Assembly: GCF_044324785.1 (NCBI RefSeq)
Contig: NZ_CP172127.1
Strand: one strand, 5' to 3'
Origin: Escherichia coli
GTDB taxonomy: Bacteria; Pseudomonadota; Gammaproteobacteria; Enterobacterales; Enterobacteriaceae
DNA length: 64,000 bases
Shown here one piece after another: positions 11,534 through 22,106 of this stretch (its first letter is position 1; each line of letters begins with the position of its first letter). Below the pieces are notes generated by a model. The model was not told the origin of the DNA. It saw only the letters and a program-made list of their open reading frames with translations, and made no database searches. The position numbers were made by a program, and so were the translations under genes.

Positions 11534-12115
11534 ATGTCGGATACCACCGAACTGGTTGATTTAGCCGTGATCTTCCCTGATCTGGAGATCGAACTGAAAT
11601 ACGCCTGCGCGGATAACATCACAGGTAAAGCTATTTATCAGCAAGCGCGTTGTCTGTTACACAAGGATGCGATTACCGCGCTGGCGAAAAGTATCAGCAT
11701 CGCCCAGCTGTCAGGCTTACAACTGGTGATTTACGATGCGTATCGCCCACAACAAGCACAGGCGATGTTGTGGCAAGCCTGCCCAGACCCGCAATATGTT
11801 GTTGATGTGACGGTCGGTTCTAATCACAGCCGTGGCACGGCGATCGACCTGACGCTTCGTGATGAGCACGGGAACATCCTGGATATGGGCGCAGAGTTCG
11901 ATGAAATGCACGAACGTTCCCATGCTTATCACCCTTCCGTCCCGCCCGCTGCTCAGCGCAATCGGCTGTTGCTGAATGCGATTATGACTGGCGGTGGCTT
12001 TGTCGGTATCCCGAGCGAATGGTGGCACTTCGAATTACCCCAGGCAGCGAGTTACCCACTACTCGCTGATCAATTCACCTGTTTTATATCCCCTGGCACA
12101 CAGCACGCCAGTTAA
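11534..12115 (+). CDS. ddpX: D-Ala-D-Ala dipeptidase, 193 aa
   Basis: Full-length match to DdpX (VanX-like); first gene of the ddp operon. Confidence 0.9.
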   Translation: MSDTTELVDLAVIFPDLEIELKYACADNITGKAIYQQARCLLHKDAITALAKSISIAQLSGLQLVIYDAYRPQQAQAMLWQACPDPQYVVDVTVGSNHSRGTAIDLTLRDEHGNILDMGAEFDEMHERSHAYHPSVPPAAQRNRLLLNAIMTGGGFVGIPSEWWHFELPQAASYPLLADQFTCFISPGTQHAS

Positions 12116-12128
12116 TCAGGAAACTGTC

Positions 12129-13679
12129 ATGAAGAGATCGATATCGTTTCGTCCTACATTGCTCGCGATCGTCCTTGCCACAACAATGCCGGTTGCGCAC
12201 GCCGCCGTACCGAAAGATATGCTGGTGATCGGTAAAGCTGCCGACCCACAAACCCTCGACCCAGCGGTGACAATTGATAATAACGACTGGACAGTGACCT
12301 ACCCGTCTTATCAGCGACTGGTTCAGTACAAAACGGACGGTGATAAAGGCTCAACAGACGTTGAAGGCGATCTGGCAAGTAGCTGGAAAGCGTCTGACGA
12401 TCAAAAAGAGTGGACGTTCACCCTGAAGGACAATGCTAAATTTGCCGATGGCACACCTGTCACTGCCGAAGCAGTAAAACTCTCTTTTGAGCGGTTACTA
12501 AAAATCGGCCAGGGGCCAGCAGAAGCATTTCCCAAAGATTTAAAGATTGATGCTCCCGACGAACATACGGTGAAGTTTACCCTTAGCCAGCCATTCGCAC
12601 CGTTCCTCTATACGCTGGCGAATGACGGTGCATCCATTATCAATCCGGCGGTCTTAAAGGAACATGCAGCGGATGATGCTCGCGGCTTCCTCGCGCAAAA
12701 TACCGCAGGTTCCGGACCATTTATGCTGAAAAGCTGGCAAAAAGGTCAGCAATTAGTTCTGGTGCCAAATCCGCATTACCCCGGCAATAAACCGAACTTT
12801 AAGCGAGTATCGGTAAAAATTATCGGTGAAAGTGCCTCCCGTCGCCTGCAGCTCTCCCGTGGTGATATTGACATTGCCGATGCGCTGCCAGTGGATCAAC
12901 TCAACGCCCTGAAGCAGGAAAACAAAGTCAATGTGGCAGAGTATCCGTCACTGCGCGTCACCTATCTGTATCTGAATAACAGCAAAGCGCCACTTAATCA
13001 GGCGGATCTGCGTCGGGCCATTTCCTGGTCTACCGATTATCAGGGTATGGTTAACGGCATTCTGAGTGGTAACGGAAAACAAATGCGCGGCCCGATTCCG
13101 GAAGGCATGTGGGGATACGATGCGACGGCAATGCAATACAACCATGACGAAACGAAAGCCAAAGCCGAATGGGATAAAGTGACGAGCAAACCCACCAGCC
13201 TGACGTTTCTCTATTCTGATAATGATCCGAACTGGGAGCCTATTGCTCTGGCGACACAATCCAGCCTCAACAAGCTGGGCATCAATGTGAAGCTGGAAAA
13301 ACTGGCGAACGCCACCATGCGCGACAGAGTGGGTAAAGGTGATTACGACATTGCGATTGGCAACTGGAGTCCGGATTTTGCCGACCCGTATATGTTTATG
13401 AATTACTGGTTTGAGTCAGACAAAAAAGGTCTGCCGGGTAACCGCTCGTTCTATGAAAACAGTGAGGTCGATAAGTTACTGCGCAATGCGCTAGCGACCA
13501 CCGACCAGACGCAGCGTACCCGGGACTACCAGCAGGCACAGAAAATCGTCATTGATGACGCTGCTTATGTGTACCTGTTCCAGAAAAACTACCAACTGGC
13601 GATGAACAAAGAGGTGAAAGGCTTTGTGTTCAATCCCATGCTGGAACAGGTCTTCAATATCAATACCATGAGTAAATAA
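12129..13679 (+). CDS. ddpA: Periplasmic D,D-dipeptide-binding protein of ABC transporter, 516 aa
   Basis: Starts MKRSISFRPTLLAIVLATTMPVAHA (Sec signal peptide); family-5 solute-binding protein; the track ORF starts further upstream at an alternative codon overlapping ddpX, which I regard as non-native. Confidence 0.9.
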   Translation: MKRSISFRPTLLAIVLATTMPVAHAAVPKDMLVIGKAADPQTLDPAVTIDNNDWTVTYPSYQRLVQYKTDGDKGSTDVEGDLASSWKASDDQKEWTFTLKDNAKFADGTPVTAEAVKLSFERLLKIGQGPAEAFPKDLKIDAPDEHTVKFTLSQPFAPFLYTLANDGASIINPAVLKEHAADDARGFLAQNTAGSGPFMLKSWQKGQQLVLVPNPHYPGNKPNFKRVSVKIIGESASRRLQLSRGDIDIADALPVDQLNALKQENKVNVAEYPSLRVTYLYLNNSKAPLNQADLRRAISWSTDYQGMVNGILSGNGKQMRGPIPEGMWGYDATAMQYNHDETKAKAEWDKVTSKPTSLTFLYSDNDPNWEPIALATQSSLNKLGINVKLEKLANATMRDRVGKGDYDIAIGNWSPDFADPYMFMNYWFESDKKGLPGNRSFYENSEVDKLLRNALATTDQTQRTRDYQQAQKIVIDDAAYVYLFQKNYQLAMNKEVKGFVFNPMLEQVFNINTMSK

Positions 13680-13680
13680 C

Positions 13681-14703
13681 GTGACCTTCTGGAGTATTTT
13701 ACGCCAACGCTGCTGGGGGCTGGTGCTCGTGGTGGCGGGCGTCTGCGTGATTACGTTTATTATCTCGCACCTGATCCCCGGCGATCCGGCGCGGTTACTG
13801 GCGGGTGACCGCGCCAGCGATGCTATCGTGGATAATATTCGCCAGCAACTGGGACTGGACCAGCCACTGTACGTACAGTTTTACCGCTACGTCAGCGACC
13901 TGTTTCAGGGTGACCTGGGAACATCCATTCGTACCGGGCGTCCGGTGCTGGAAGAGTTGCGCATATTTTTCCCGGCGACGCTGGAACTGGCTTTTTGTGC
14001 CCTGCTGCTGGCACTCCTGATTGGCATCCCGCTGGGCATACTCTCTGCAGTCTGGCGAAATCGCTGGCTGGATCATCTGGTGCGAATAATGGCCATTACC
14101 GGAATCTCCACACCTGCGTTCTGGCTTGGGCTGGGTGTCATTGTGCTGTTTTATGGTCATCTGCAAATTCTTCCCGGCGGCGGAAGGCTTGATGACTGGC
14201 TGGATCCACCAACGCACGTTACCGGCTTTTATCTGCTCGATGCGCTGCTTGAAGGTAACGGTGAAGTCTTCTTCAATGCGTTGCAACATCTCATCTTACC
14301 GGCATTAACGCTGGCGTTCGTTCACCTGGGAATTGTCGCTCGCCAGATCCGCTCAGCTATGCTGGAACAATTGAGTGAAGATTACATTCGTACCGCCCGG
14401 GCCAGCGGCTTGCCCGGCTGGTATATTGTTTTATGTTATGCGCTACCCAATGCGTTGATCCCCTCGATTACCGTATTGGGACTGGCGCTGGGCGATTTGT
14501 TGTATGGCGCAGTGCTCACCGAAACCGTTTTTGCCTGGCCTGGAATGGGTGCATGGGTAGTAACATCAATACAGGCGCTCGACTTCCCGGCAGTGATGGG
14601 CTTTGCCGTCGTGGTTTCATTTGCTTATGTGCTGGTCAACCTGGTGGTGGATTTGCTCTATTTGTGGATTGATCCGCGTATCGGACGTGGAGGTGATGAA
14701 TGA
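13681..14703 (+). CDS. ddpB: ABC transporter permease, 340 aa
   Basis: GTG start 1 nt after the ddpA stop; DppB-like permease; matches DdpB. Confidence 0.88.
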   Translation: MTFWSILRQRCWGLVLVVAGVCVITFIISHLIPGDPARLLAGDRASDAIVDNIRQQLGLDQPLYVQFYRYVSDLFQGDLGTSIRTGRPVLEELRIFFPATLELAFCALLLALLIGIPLGILSAVWRNRWLDHLVRIMAITGISTPAFWLGLGVIVLFYGHLQILPGGGRLDDWLDPPTHVTGFYLLDALLEGNGEVFFNALQHLILPALTLAFVHLGIVARQIRSAMLEQLSEDYIRTARASGLPGWYIVLCYALPNALIPSITVLGLALGDLLYGAVLTETVFAWPGMGAWVVTSIQALDFPAVMGFAVVVSFAYVLVNLVVDLLYLWIDPRIGRGGDE

Positions 14704-15596
14704 TGCTAAGCGAGGAAACGTCCGTCGTACGCCCACCAAAACAAACGCGATTTAACGGTGCAAAACTGGTATGGATGCTGAAAGGCAGTCCGCTCACCGT
14801 GACCGGCGCAGTCATCATTGTATTAATGCTACTGATGATGATTTTTTCACCGTGGCTGGCGACGCATGATCCCAACGCCATTGATTTAACCGCCCGCCTT
14901 TTGCCGCCTTCTGCGGCGCACTGGTTTGGCACCGATGAAGTGGGACGCGATCTGTTTAGCCGCGTACTGGTCGGCAGTCAGCAATCAATTCTCGCCGGAT
15001 TAGTGGTGGTCGCCATTGCGGGTATGATTGGTTCGCTACTCGGGTGTCTATCCGGTGTGCTTGGCGGACGCGCAGACGCCATCATCATGCGCATCATGGA
15101 CATTATGCTGTCGATTCCTTCGCTGGTGCTGACAATGGCGCTGGCTGCCGCACTTGGACCGAGTTTGTTTAACGCCATGCTGGCGATTGCTATCGTGCGT
15201 ATCCCGTTTTATGTGCGCCTGGCGCGGGGGCAAACATTAGTTGTTCGCCAGTACACTTACGTTCAGGCGGCGAAAACCTTTGGTGCGTCACGCTGGCATC
15301 TGATCAACTGGCATATTTTACGTAACTCCCTGCCGCCGCTGATTGTGCAGGCATCGCTGGATATTGGTAGCGCGATTTTAATGGCCGCCACGTTGGGATT
15401 TATTGGCCTGGGTGCTCAACAACCGAGTGCTGAATGGGGGGCGATGGTAGCGAATGGTCGCAACTATGTGCTCGATCAATGGTGGTATTGCGCATTTCCG
15501 GGGGCAGCGATTTTGCTTACCGCCGTCGGGTTTAATCTCTTTGGTGATGGTATTCGCGATCTGCTTGACCCGAAAGCAGGAGGAAAGCAGTCATGA
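14700..15596 (+). CDS. ddpC: ABC transporter permease, 298 aa
   Basis: Start overlaps the ddpB stop (ATGA coupling); DppC-like permease. Confidence 0.88.
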   Translation: MMLSEETSVVRPPKQTRFNGAKLVWMLKGSPLTVTGAVIIVLMLLMMIFSPWLATHDPNAIDLTARLLPPSAAHWFGTDEVGRDLFSRVLVGSQQSILAGLVVVAIAGMIGSLLGCLSGVLGGRADAIIMRIMDIMLSIPSLVLTMALAAALGPSLFNAMLAIAIVRIPFYVRLARGQTLVVRQYTYVQAAKTFGASRWHLINWHILRNSLPPLIVQASLDIGSAILMAATLGFIGLGAQQPSAEWGAMVANGRNYVLDQWWYCAFPGAAILLTAVGFNLFGDGIRDLLDPKAGGKQS

Positions 15597-16579
15597 CCCA
15601 ACCCGTTCTGGACATTCAACAGCTGCATTTGAGTTTCCCCGGTTTTAACGGTGATGTTCACGCGCTCAACAATGTGTCCTTGCAGATTAACCGCGGTGAA
15701 ATTGTCGGTCTGGTGGGAGAATCCGGCTCAGGTAAATCAGTCACTGCAATGTTGATTATGCGTCTGCTACCGACGGGCAGTTATTGCGTACATCGGGGGC
15801 AGATTTCACTGCTGGGAGACGATGTTCTTAACGCTCGGGAAAAACAGCTTCGTCAGTGGCGCGGCGCACGAGTGGCGATGATCTTTCAGGAACCGATGAC
15901 CGCCCTTAATCCGACACGTCGAATAGGTCTTCAGATGATGGACGTGATCCGCCATCATCAACCAATAAGTCGTCGGGAAGCCAGAGCTAAAGCGATTGCC
16001 CTGCTGGAAGAAATGCAAATCCCGGATGCCGTGGAAGTTATGTCGCGCTATCCGTTTGAGCTTTCAGGTGGTATGCGACAGCGGGTAATGATTGCGCTGG
16101 CATTCTCCTGCGAGCCGCAATTGATTATTGCCGACGAACCGACTACGGCGCTGGACGTCACGGTACAGTTGCTGGTACTGCGTCTGCTTAAACATAAAGC
16201 CCGCGCCAGTGGAACTGCGGTACTGTTCATCAGCCATGATATGGCCGTGGTGTCGCAACTGTGCGATAGCGTTTACGTGATGTATGCCGGAAGCGTGATT
16301 GAGAGCGGCGTGACGGCAGACGTTATCCATCATCCCCGGCATCCGTATACCATTGGTTTGCTGCAATGCGCACCGGAACATGGAATACCGCGCCAGCCAT
16401 TACCCGCCATTCCAGGGACGGTACCAAACCTCACCCATTTGCCTGACGGCTGCGCTTTTCGCGATCGTTGCTATGCGGCAGGTGCACAGTGTGAAAACGT
16501 CCCGGCGCTGACAGCGTGTGGTGACAACAACCACCGCTGCGCCTGTTGGTATCCTCAGCAGGAGGTCATTAGTGTCTGA
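15593..16579 (+). CDS. ddpD: ABC transporter ATP-binding protein, 328 aa
   Basis: Walker A GESGSGKS; start overlaps the ddpC stop. Confidence 0.88.
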   Translation: MTQPVLDIQQLHLSFPGFNGDVHALNNVSLQINRGEIVGLVGESGSGKSVTAMLIMRLLPTGSYCVHRGQISLLGDDVLNAREKQLRQWRGARVAMIFQEPMTALNPTRRIGLQMMDVIRHHQPISRREARAKAIALLEEMQIPDAVEVMSRYPFELSGGMRQRVMIALAFSCEPQLIIADEPTTALDVTVQLLVLRLLKHKARASGTAVLFISHDMAVVSQLCDSVYVMYAGSVIESGVTADVIHHPRHPYTIGLLQCAPEHGIPRQPLPAIPGTVPNLTHLPDGCAFRDRCYAAGAQCENVPALTACGDNNHRCACWYPQQEVISV

Positions 16580-17498
16580 TACGTTATTAACGTTACGCGA
16601 CGTCCATATCAATTTCCCGGCCCGAAAAAACTGGCTTGGTAAAACTACGGAACATGTTCATGCCATCAATGGTATTGATTTACAGATCCGTCGTGGTGAA
16701 ACCTTAGGGATCGTCGGTGAGTCAGGCTGCGGCAAAAGCACCCTCGCACAGCTTTTAATGGGTATGCTGCAACCTAGCCACGGGCAGTACATCCGTTCAG
16801 GATCACAACGCATTATGCAGATGGTGTTTCAGGACCCGCTCTCTTCGCTCAATCCGCGCTTACCGGTGTGGCGCATCATCACAGAACCGCTCTGGATTGC
16901 TAAGCGTAGTAGTGAACAACAGCGGCGAGCGTTGGCAGAGGAGCTGGCTGTGCAGGTGGGTATTCGTCCGGAGTATCTCGACCGCTTGCCTCATGCGTTC
17001 TCTGGCGGGCAGCGGCAACGTATCGCCATTGCCAGAGCACTCTCTTCGCAGCCTGACGTGATTGTGCTTGATGAGCCAACCTCGGCGCTGGATATCTCCG
17101 TGCAGGCGCAGATCCTCAATTTACTGGTAACGCTACAGGAAAATCGCGAGCTGACTTATGTGCTGATTTCACACAATGTCTCGGTGATACGTCATGTGAG
17201 CGATCGGGTGGCGGTGATGTATCTCGGGCAGATTGTGGAACTAGGAGACGCGCAACAGGTGCTAACGGCTCCGGCACATCCGTACACCCGATTATTGCTG
17301 GACTCCCTCCCCGCCATTGATAAACCGCTGGAGGAAGAATGGGCATTACGTAAAACGGATCTACCAGGAAACCGTACGTTGCCACAAGGCTGTTTTTTCC
17401 GCGAACGCTGCCCTCTGGCAACCCACGGATGTGAAGTCCGGCAATCATTAGCAATAAGGGAGGACGGACGTGAGATCCGGTGCTGGCGGGCGCTGTAG
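16572..17498 (+). CDS. ddpF: ABC transporter ATP-binding protein, 308 aa
   Basis: Likely GTG start (VSDTLLTLRDVH...) overlapping the ddpD stop; Walker A GESGCGKST; the track ORF extends 18 codons upstream. Confidence 0.85.
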   Translation: MSDTLLTLRDVHINFPARKNWLGKTTEHVHAINGIDLQIRRGETLGIVGESGCGKSTLAQLLMGMLQPSHGQYIRSGSQRIMQMVFQDPLSSLNPRLPVWRIITEPLWIAKRSSEQQRRALAEELAVQVGIRPEYLDRLPHAFSGGQRQRIAIARALSSQPDVIVLDEPTSALDISVQAQILNLLVTLQENRELTYVLISHNVSVIRHVSDRVAVMYLGQIVELGDAQQVLTAPAHPYTRLLLDSLPAIDKPLEEEWALRKTDLPGNRTLPQGCFFRERCPLATHGCEVRQSLAIREDGREIRCWRAL

Positions 17499-17534
17499 GA
17501 CGCGGCATCCGGCTATTGCATGTCTGCGGAAACG

Positions 17535-18425
17535 TTATGCGTCATAGGTTTTTTTTAACGTTTCCATCAACGCCTGCGCCGCAGTAGAAAGCTTATGGTG
17601 TGACGAACGCAGTACGCCTACTCGTCGCTCAATCACTGGATTATCCAGTTCCAGACACACTGCGCCCAGTTCGCTCATCTGCCTGCGGCACAGCGCAGGC
17701 ACAGCGCTTCCTCCCAAACCGTTTGCCACCAGCCGCCCAACCGTAACCAGTTGATGGCTTTCCAGCGCCACTTCCAGTTGCGTTCCACTTTGTGCCAACT
17801 GCTCCTCCAGCATCAACCTGACGGCTGACGGTCGCTGGAGGGTGATAAAATCGAGCGTCAGCAAATCCCGCCAACTCACGCGTTGCCGATTTGCCAGTCG
17901 TGAATCGGCTGGAACAATAGCGACAAACCGATCCACGCCCAGTGGGGTAAAATGCACATGGCCGCAATAGTCAGGTTCAAAGGCAATACCCATCTCCACA
18001 CGCCCTTCGCTCACCATTTCGATCACCTGCTCATTCACCACATCGTGCACGGTGACATTAATCCCTGAATAACAATCGCGGAAGGTTTTCAGCACCGGAG
18101 GCAGAACGTTGGCTGCAAATGACGGCATCGCTGCCACCGAGACTTTGCCCCGCCTGAGCGTGAATCGCTGACGCATGGCCTCCTCAGTGTTATCCCAGTC
18201 AGCCAGCAAAGGCCGTGCCATCGACAATAGCGTTTCCCCCTCCTGGGTTAATGTCACTTTTCGCGTAGTACGCAGCAGTAAAGCGCCCCCTAAGGCATCT
18301 TCCAGTCCTTTAATGGCAAGACTTAGCGCAGGCTGCGACATATTCAGCCGTTCACTGGCATGGGCAAAGTTCAGAGTGTGAGCTACCGCTAAAAACGCGC
18401 GTAACTGTTTGATGCTCATTTTCAT
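17535..18425 (-). CDS. LysR-family transcriptional regulator, 296 aa, divergent from the ketone-body operon
   Basis: N-terminal HTH (MKMSIKQLRAFLAVAHTLNFAHASERLNMSQPALSLAIKGLE) plus LysR substrate-binding fold; divergently oriented 140 bp from the next operon. Confidence 0.85.
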   Translation of the reverse strand: MKMSIKQLRAFLAVAHTLNFAHASERLNMSQPALSLAIKGLEDALGGALLLRTTRKVTLTQEGETLLSMARPLLADWDNTEEAMRQRFTLRRGKVSVAAMPSFAANVLPPVLKTFRDCYSGINVTVHDVVNEQVIEMVSEGRVEMGIAFEPDYCGHVHFTPLGVDRFVAIVPADSRLANRQRVSWRDLLTLDFITLQRPSAVRLMLEEQLAQSGTQLEVALESHQLVTVGRLVANGLGGSAVPALCRRQMSELGAVCLELDNPVIERRVGVLRSSHHKLSTAAQALMETLKKTYDA

Positions 18426-18566
18426 CTGGCACTCCGTTAACCTACTGAATACATTTAATTAACATTATATTGATAAATAATACAAATGAATGAGTCACAA
18501 ATTTAAAATTAACAAATCATTTTTTGCCCTTAATGATGTTGAAAAGGACAACTGGAGGGCAACTGT

Positions 18567-19274
18567 ATGGCTGGGTTGGATAAACGGGTCGCTACGTATC
18601 ACGAGGCGCTTGAAGGACTTACCAATGAGATGACGATTCTGGCAGGAGGTTTTGGCCTGTGCGGCATCCCGGAGAATCTGATTGCTGAAGTTCGCCACCG
18701 TGGAGTAACCGGATTAACGGTGGTTTCCAATAACTGTGGCGTAGATGGTTTTGGACTGGGTGTACTACTGGAAAGCCGACAGATCCGTAAAGTCGTCGCT
18801 TCTTATGTTGGCGAGAATGCTTTGTTTGAAAAACAGGTGCTTAACGGCGAACTGGAGGCGATTCTCACACCACAAGGAACCCTGGCAGAACAACTGCGCG
18901 CAGGCGGCGCGGGTATCCCGGCGTTCTTTACTGCCACCGGTTACGGTACTCCCGTTGCCGAAGGGAAAGAAGTCCGCGAATTCAACGGTCGCCCGTACAT
19001 CATGGAACAGGCTATCACCGGTGATTTTGCCCTGGTCAAAGGCTGGAAAGCCGACTGGTACGGCAACGTGATTTATCGTCATACCGCGCAAAACTTCAAC
19101 CCACTGATGGCGGCTGCCGGAAAAATCACCGTGGTGGAAGTGGAAGAAATCGTGCCACCTGGTGAACTTGATCCTGCCGCTATCCATACCCCGGGGATTT
19201 TTGTTAATCGCGTCATTCAGGGGCAATTTGAAAAACGCATTGAACAACGCACCCTTAGCCGCAAAGGAGCCTGA
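18567..19274 (+). CDS. 3-oxoacid CoA-transferase subunit A, 235 aa
   Basis: Conserved [12 protein letters not shown] motif of CoA-transferase family I alpha subunits. Confidence 0.85.
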   Translation: MAGLDKRVATYHEALEGLTNEMTILAGGFGLCGIPENLIAEVRHRGVTGLTVVSNNCGVDGFGLGVLLESRQIRKVVASYVGENALFEKQVLNGELEAILTPQGTLAEQLRAGGAGIPAFFTATGYGTPVAEGKEVREFNGRPYIMEQAITGDFALVKGWKADWYGNVIYRHTAQNFNPLMAAAGKITVVEVEEIVPPGELDPAAIHTPGIFVNRVIQGQFEKRIEQRTLSRKGA

Positions 19275-19276
19275 CC

Positions 19277-19933
19277 ATGTTAACCCGTGAACAAATGGCG
19301 ATGCGAGTCGCCCGCGAATTGCGCGATGGCTATTACGTCAATCTCGGCATTGGTATCCCGACCCTGGTGGCAAACTACATTCCTGACGGGATGGATGTGA
19401 TGTTGCAGTCAGAAAACGGTTTGCTGGGAATGGGCGCATTTCCTACGGAAGACGAACTGGACGCCGACATGATTAATGCCGGTAAACAAACCGTTACCGC
19501 GCGGAAAGGCGCGGCAATTTTCGATTCGGCGCAATCATTCGCCATGATCCGTGGCGGTCATGTGGATCTGACTGTACTTGGCGCATTTGAAGTGGATGTG
19601 AATGGCAACATTGCCTCATGGATGATCCCCGGCAAGATGGTTAAAGGCATGGGCGGTGCCATGGATCTGGTTGCCGGTGCCGAGAATATTATTGTGGTAA
19701 TGACCCACGCCTCCAAATCCGGCGAATCCAAACTGCTTCCTGACTGTACCCTTCCATTGACCGGCGCCGGATGCATCAAACGCGTCTTAACCGACCTTGC
19801 TCTGCTGGAAATTGCTGACGGAGCTTTCATTCTGCGCGAGCGCGCGCCGGGAATCAGCGTTGCGGAAATCATCGCCAAAACCGCCGGTAAGTTGTTTGTG
19901 CCGGAACATGTCCCGGAAATGCAATTCAACTGA
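19277..19933 (+). CDS. 3-oxoacid CoA-transferase subunit B, 218 aa
   Basis: Beta-subunit signature with catalytic glutamate context (LQSENGLLGMG); starts 3 bp after the subunit A stop. Confidence 0.85.
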   Translation: MLTREQMAMRVARELRDGYYVNLGIGIPTLVANYIPDGMDVMLQSENGLLGMGAFPTEDELDADMINAGKQTVTARKGAAIFDSAQSFAMIRGGHVDLTVLGAFEVDVNGNIASWMIPGKMVKGMGGAMDLVAGAENIIVVMTHASKSGESKLLPDCTLPLTGAGCIKRVLTDLALLEIADGAFILRERAPGISVAEIIAKTAGKLFVPEHVPEMQFN

Positions 19934-19942
19934 GGAATCACC

Positions 19943-21148
19943 ATGCAGGACGTTGTTATTGTTGCCGCTACGCGCACACCGATTGGCTGTTTTCATGGCG
20001 CTCTCGCCTCACTTTCTGCGGTTGATCTCGGCGCTGCCACCATCCGTTCATTGCTGGAGAAAACAGCACTTGCAGCAGAACAGATCGACGAAGTGATTTT
20101 TGGTCAGGTCCTGACTGCCGGAAGCGGACAAAATCCGGCACGGCAATCGGCGCTCAAAGCCGGGTTAAGCCACGATACACCCGCCGTTACCATCAACCTG
20201 GTATGTGGTTCCGGTCTGAAAGCAGTACACCAGGCCGTACAGGCGATCCGTTGCGGTGATGCACAGATAATTATCGCAGGTGGCCAGGAAAGCATGAGTA
20301 ACGCGCCCTATTTTATTGATGGCGCACGGGCAGGTTTACGCCTCGGGCATACCAGCATGAAAGACAGCGTGGTGCATGACGGACTATGGGACGCTTTCAA
20401 TGATTACCACATGGGCATTACTGCAGAAAACCTGGCGCAAAAATATGCCATCAGTCGCGAGCGACAGGACACATTCGCGCTACGTTCTCAGCAAAAAGCC
20501 GCTGCCGCAATGGAAGCCGGGCGCTTTGCAGACGAAATTACTCCGGTCAGCGTACCACAAGGTAAAAAACCACCACGCAGGGTAAATACCGACGAACAAC
20601 CACGTTCCGGGACGCAACTGGAAAAACTAGCACAACTGAAACCGGCCTTTCTTCCGGGGGCGGGAAGCGTCACCGCAGGAAATGCTTCTTCCATCAATGA
20701 TGGTGCCGCCGCAGTCATGTTAATGCGCGCCAGCAAAGCTGCCGAACTTGGCCTCCCAGTGCTGGCTCGGGTGGCTGGTTATGCCGTTTCTGGCGTCGAT
20801 CCTGCCTTTATGGGCATTGGTCCGGTCGCCGCTACCCGCGAATGTCTTAAGCGTTGCGGATGGACGCTGGAAGATATTGATCTTATTGAAGCCAACGAGG
20901 CTTTCGCAGCGCAGGCGCTGGCCGTTGGCGACGAACTGAACTGGGATTGCGACAAAGTGAATGTTAACGGCGGCGCAATCGCACTTGGGCATCCTATTGG
21001 CGCTTCCGGTTGCCGCATTCTGGTCACTCTCATTTATGAAATGGCGCGACGTAATGCGCAAAAAGGGCTGGCGACGCTGTGCGTCGGTGGCGGTCAGGGC
21101 GTGGCGCTGACACTGGAAAGAACCACAGGAGAACACCATGCAAACTGA
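19943..21148 (+). CDS. Acetyl-CoA C-acetyltransferase (thiolase II), ~400 aa
   Basis: Thiolase motifs [11 protein letters not shown] (active-site Cys) and C-terminal [14 protein letters not shown]. Confidence 0.85.
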   Translation: MQDVVIVAATRTPIGCFHGALASLSAVDLGAATIRSLLEKTALAAEQIDEVIFGQVLTAGSGQNPARQSALKAGLSHDTPAVTINLVCGSGLKAVHQAVQAIRCGDAQIIIAGGQESMSNAPYFIDGARAGLRLGHTSMKDSVVHDGLWDAFNDYHMGITAENLAQKYAISRERQDTFALRSQQKAAAAMEAGRFADEITPVSVPQGKKPPRRVNTDEQPRSGTQLEKLAQLKPAFLPGAGSVTAGNASSINDGAAAVMLMRASKAAELGLPVLARVAGYAVSGVDPAFMGIGPVAATRECLKRCGWTLEDIDLIEANEAFAAQALAVGDELNWDCDKVNVNGGAIALGHPIGASGCRILVTLIYEMARRNAQKGLATLCVGGGQGVALTLERTTGEHHAN

Positions 21149-22061
21149 ACAATTTGCGGTACTGGGCGCCGGATTGATGGGCGTGGGGATTGCCACTCAT
21201 TTCGCCCGCTTTGGTCATGATATCTGGCTGTACGATACCGAGCAGAGCCGGATTGCAGAAATCCACGTAGTTGCAGGCGGAATTCTTGATGAGCTGATTA
21301 GCTGCGAACAGTTTACTGCCCCGGAAAAAGAGAATGTGCTTAAACGTCTGCACGGCACGACTTCTCTTGCAGACATCGCCGACTCGCAACTACTGATTGA
21401 GGCGATCCCGGAGCGACTTGAACTAAAACACGCATTATATACCGAGCTTGAAACGCTTATTTCTCCTGAGGCCATTGTCGCCAGCAATACCAGCGGTCTG
21501 CCGCCCGATGATCTGGCCGCGAAGATGCGCTACCCGCAACGACTGCTGATCGCCCATTTCTGGCATCCGCCGCACTTCATTCCACTTGTGGAGATTATCC
21601 CCGGCAGCGTTACCGAGCCAAAGCATTTGCACTGGCTGCAACACTTGCTTGTGTCACTGCAACTGGAAGCAGTGTTGCTGGATCGCGCTGCGCCAGGATT
21701 TGTCGGCAACCGTCTGCAATTTGCACTGTTGCGTGAAGCCCTGCATATCGTAAAAAGCGGCATCGCCAGTGCAGAAGTGGTGGATCAGGTGATGCGCGCC
21801 TCGCTTGGGCGACGTTATGCCATGGTCGGCCCGCTGGAGGCCGCCGACATGACCGGACTTTCGACGGTGCAGGATATTTGTCGCCATCTGCTCCCTGAAC
21901 TAGCGACTGGCAGCGACATGATGTCATTAGTTGCCGAAAAAGTGGAACGTGGAGACATCGGCGTACGTAGCGGTCAGGGATTTTACTGCTGGGATGAATC
22001 GCGGAAGCAGTACATCCAGCAGCGTCGGGAACATCAACTTCGCTTCGCCTTTAAAACATAA
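21138..22061 (+). CDS. 3-hydroxyacyl-CoA dehydrogenase (Hbd-like, NAD-binding), 307 aa
   Basis: N-terminal Rossmann motif [12 protein letters not shown]; overlaps the thiolase stop, suggesting translational coupling. Confidence 0.75.
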   Translation: MQTEQFAVLGAGLMGVGIATHFARFGHDIWLYDTEQSRIAEIHVVAGGILDELISCEQFTAPEKENVLKRLHGTTSLADIADSQLLIEAIPERLELKHALYTELETLISPEAIVASNTSGLPPDDLAAKMRYPQRLLIAHFWHPPHFIPLVEIIPGSVTEPKHLHWLQHLLVSLQLEAVLLDRAAPGFVGNRLQFALLREALHIVKSGIASAEVVDQVMRASLGRRYAMVGPLEAADMTGLSTVQDICRHLLPELATGSDMMSLVAEKVERGDIGVRSGQGFYCWDESRKQYIQQRREHQLRFAFKT

Positions 22062-22106
22062 CTTCTCTCGCTGTACCCACTATAACAACGATATTGAGGA
22101 GTCCCG

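Noticed and set aside
11994-12128. Upstream extension of ddpA overlapping ddpX, and similar extensions of ddpF (16518), dosP (8853), maeA (25666), adhP (27503), yddH (50751) and narU (39115)
   Set aside because: These begin at alternative or upstream start codons without good SD sequences; the internal ATG/GTG sites give proteins of the lengths known for these E. coli genes.
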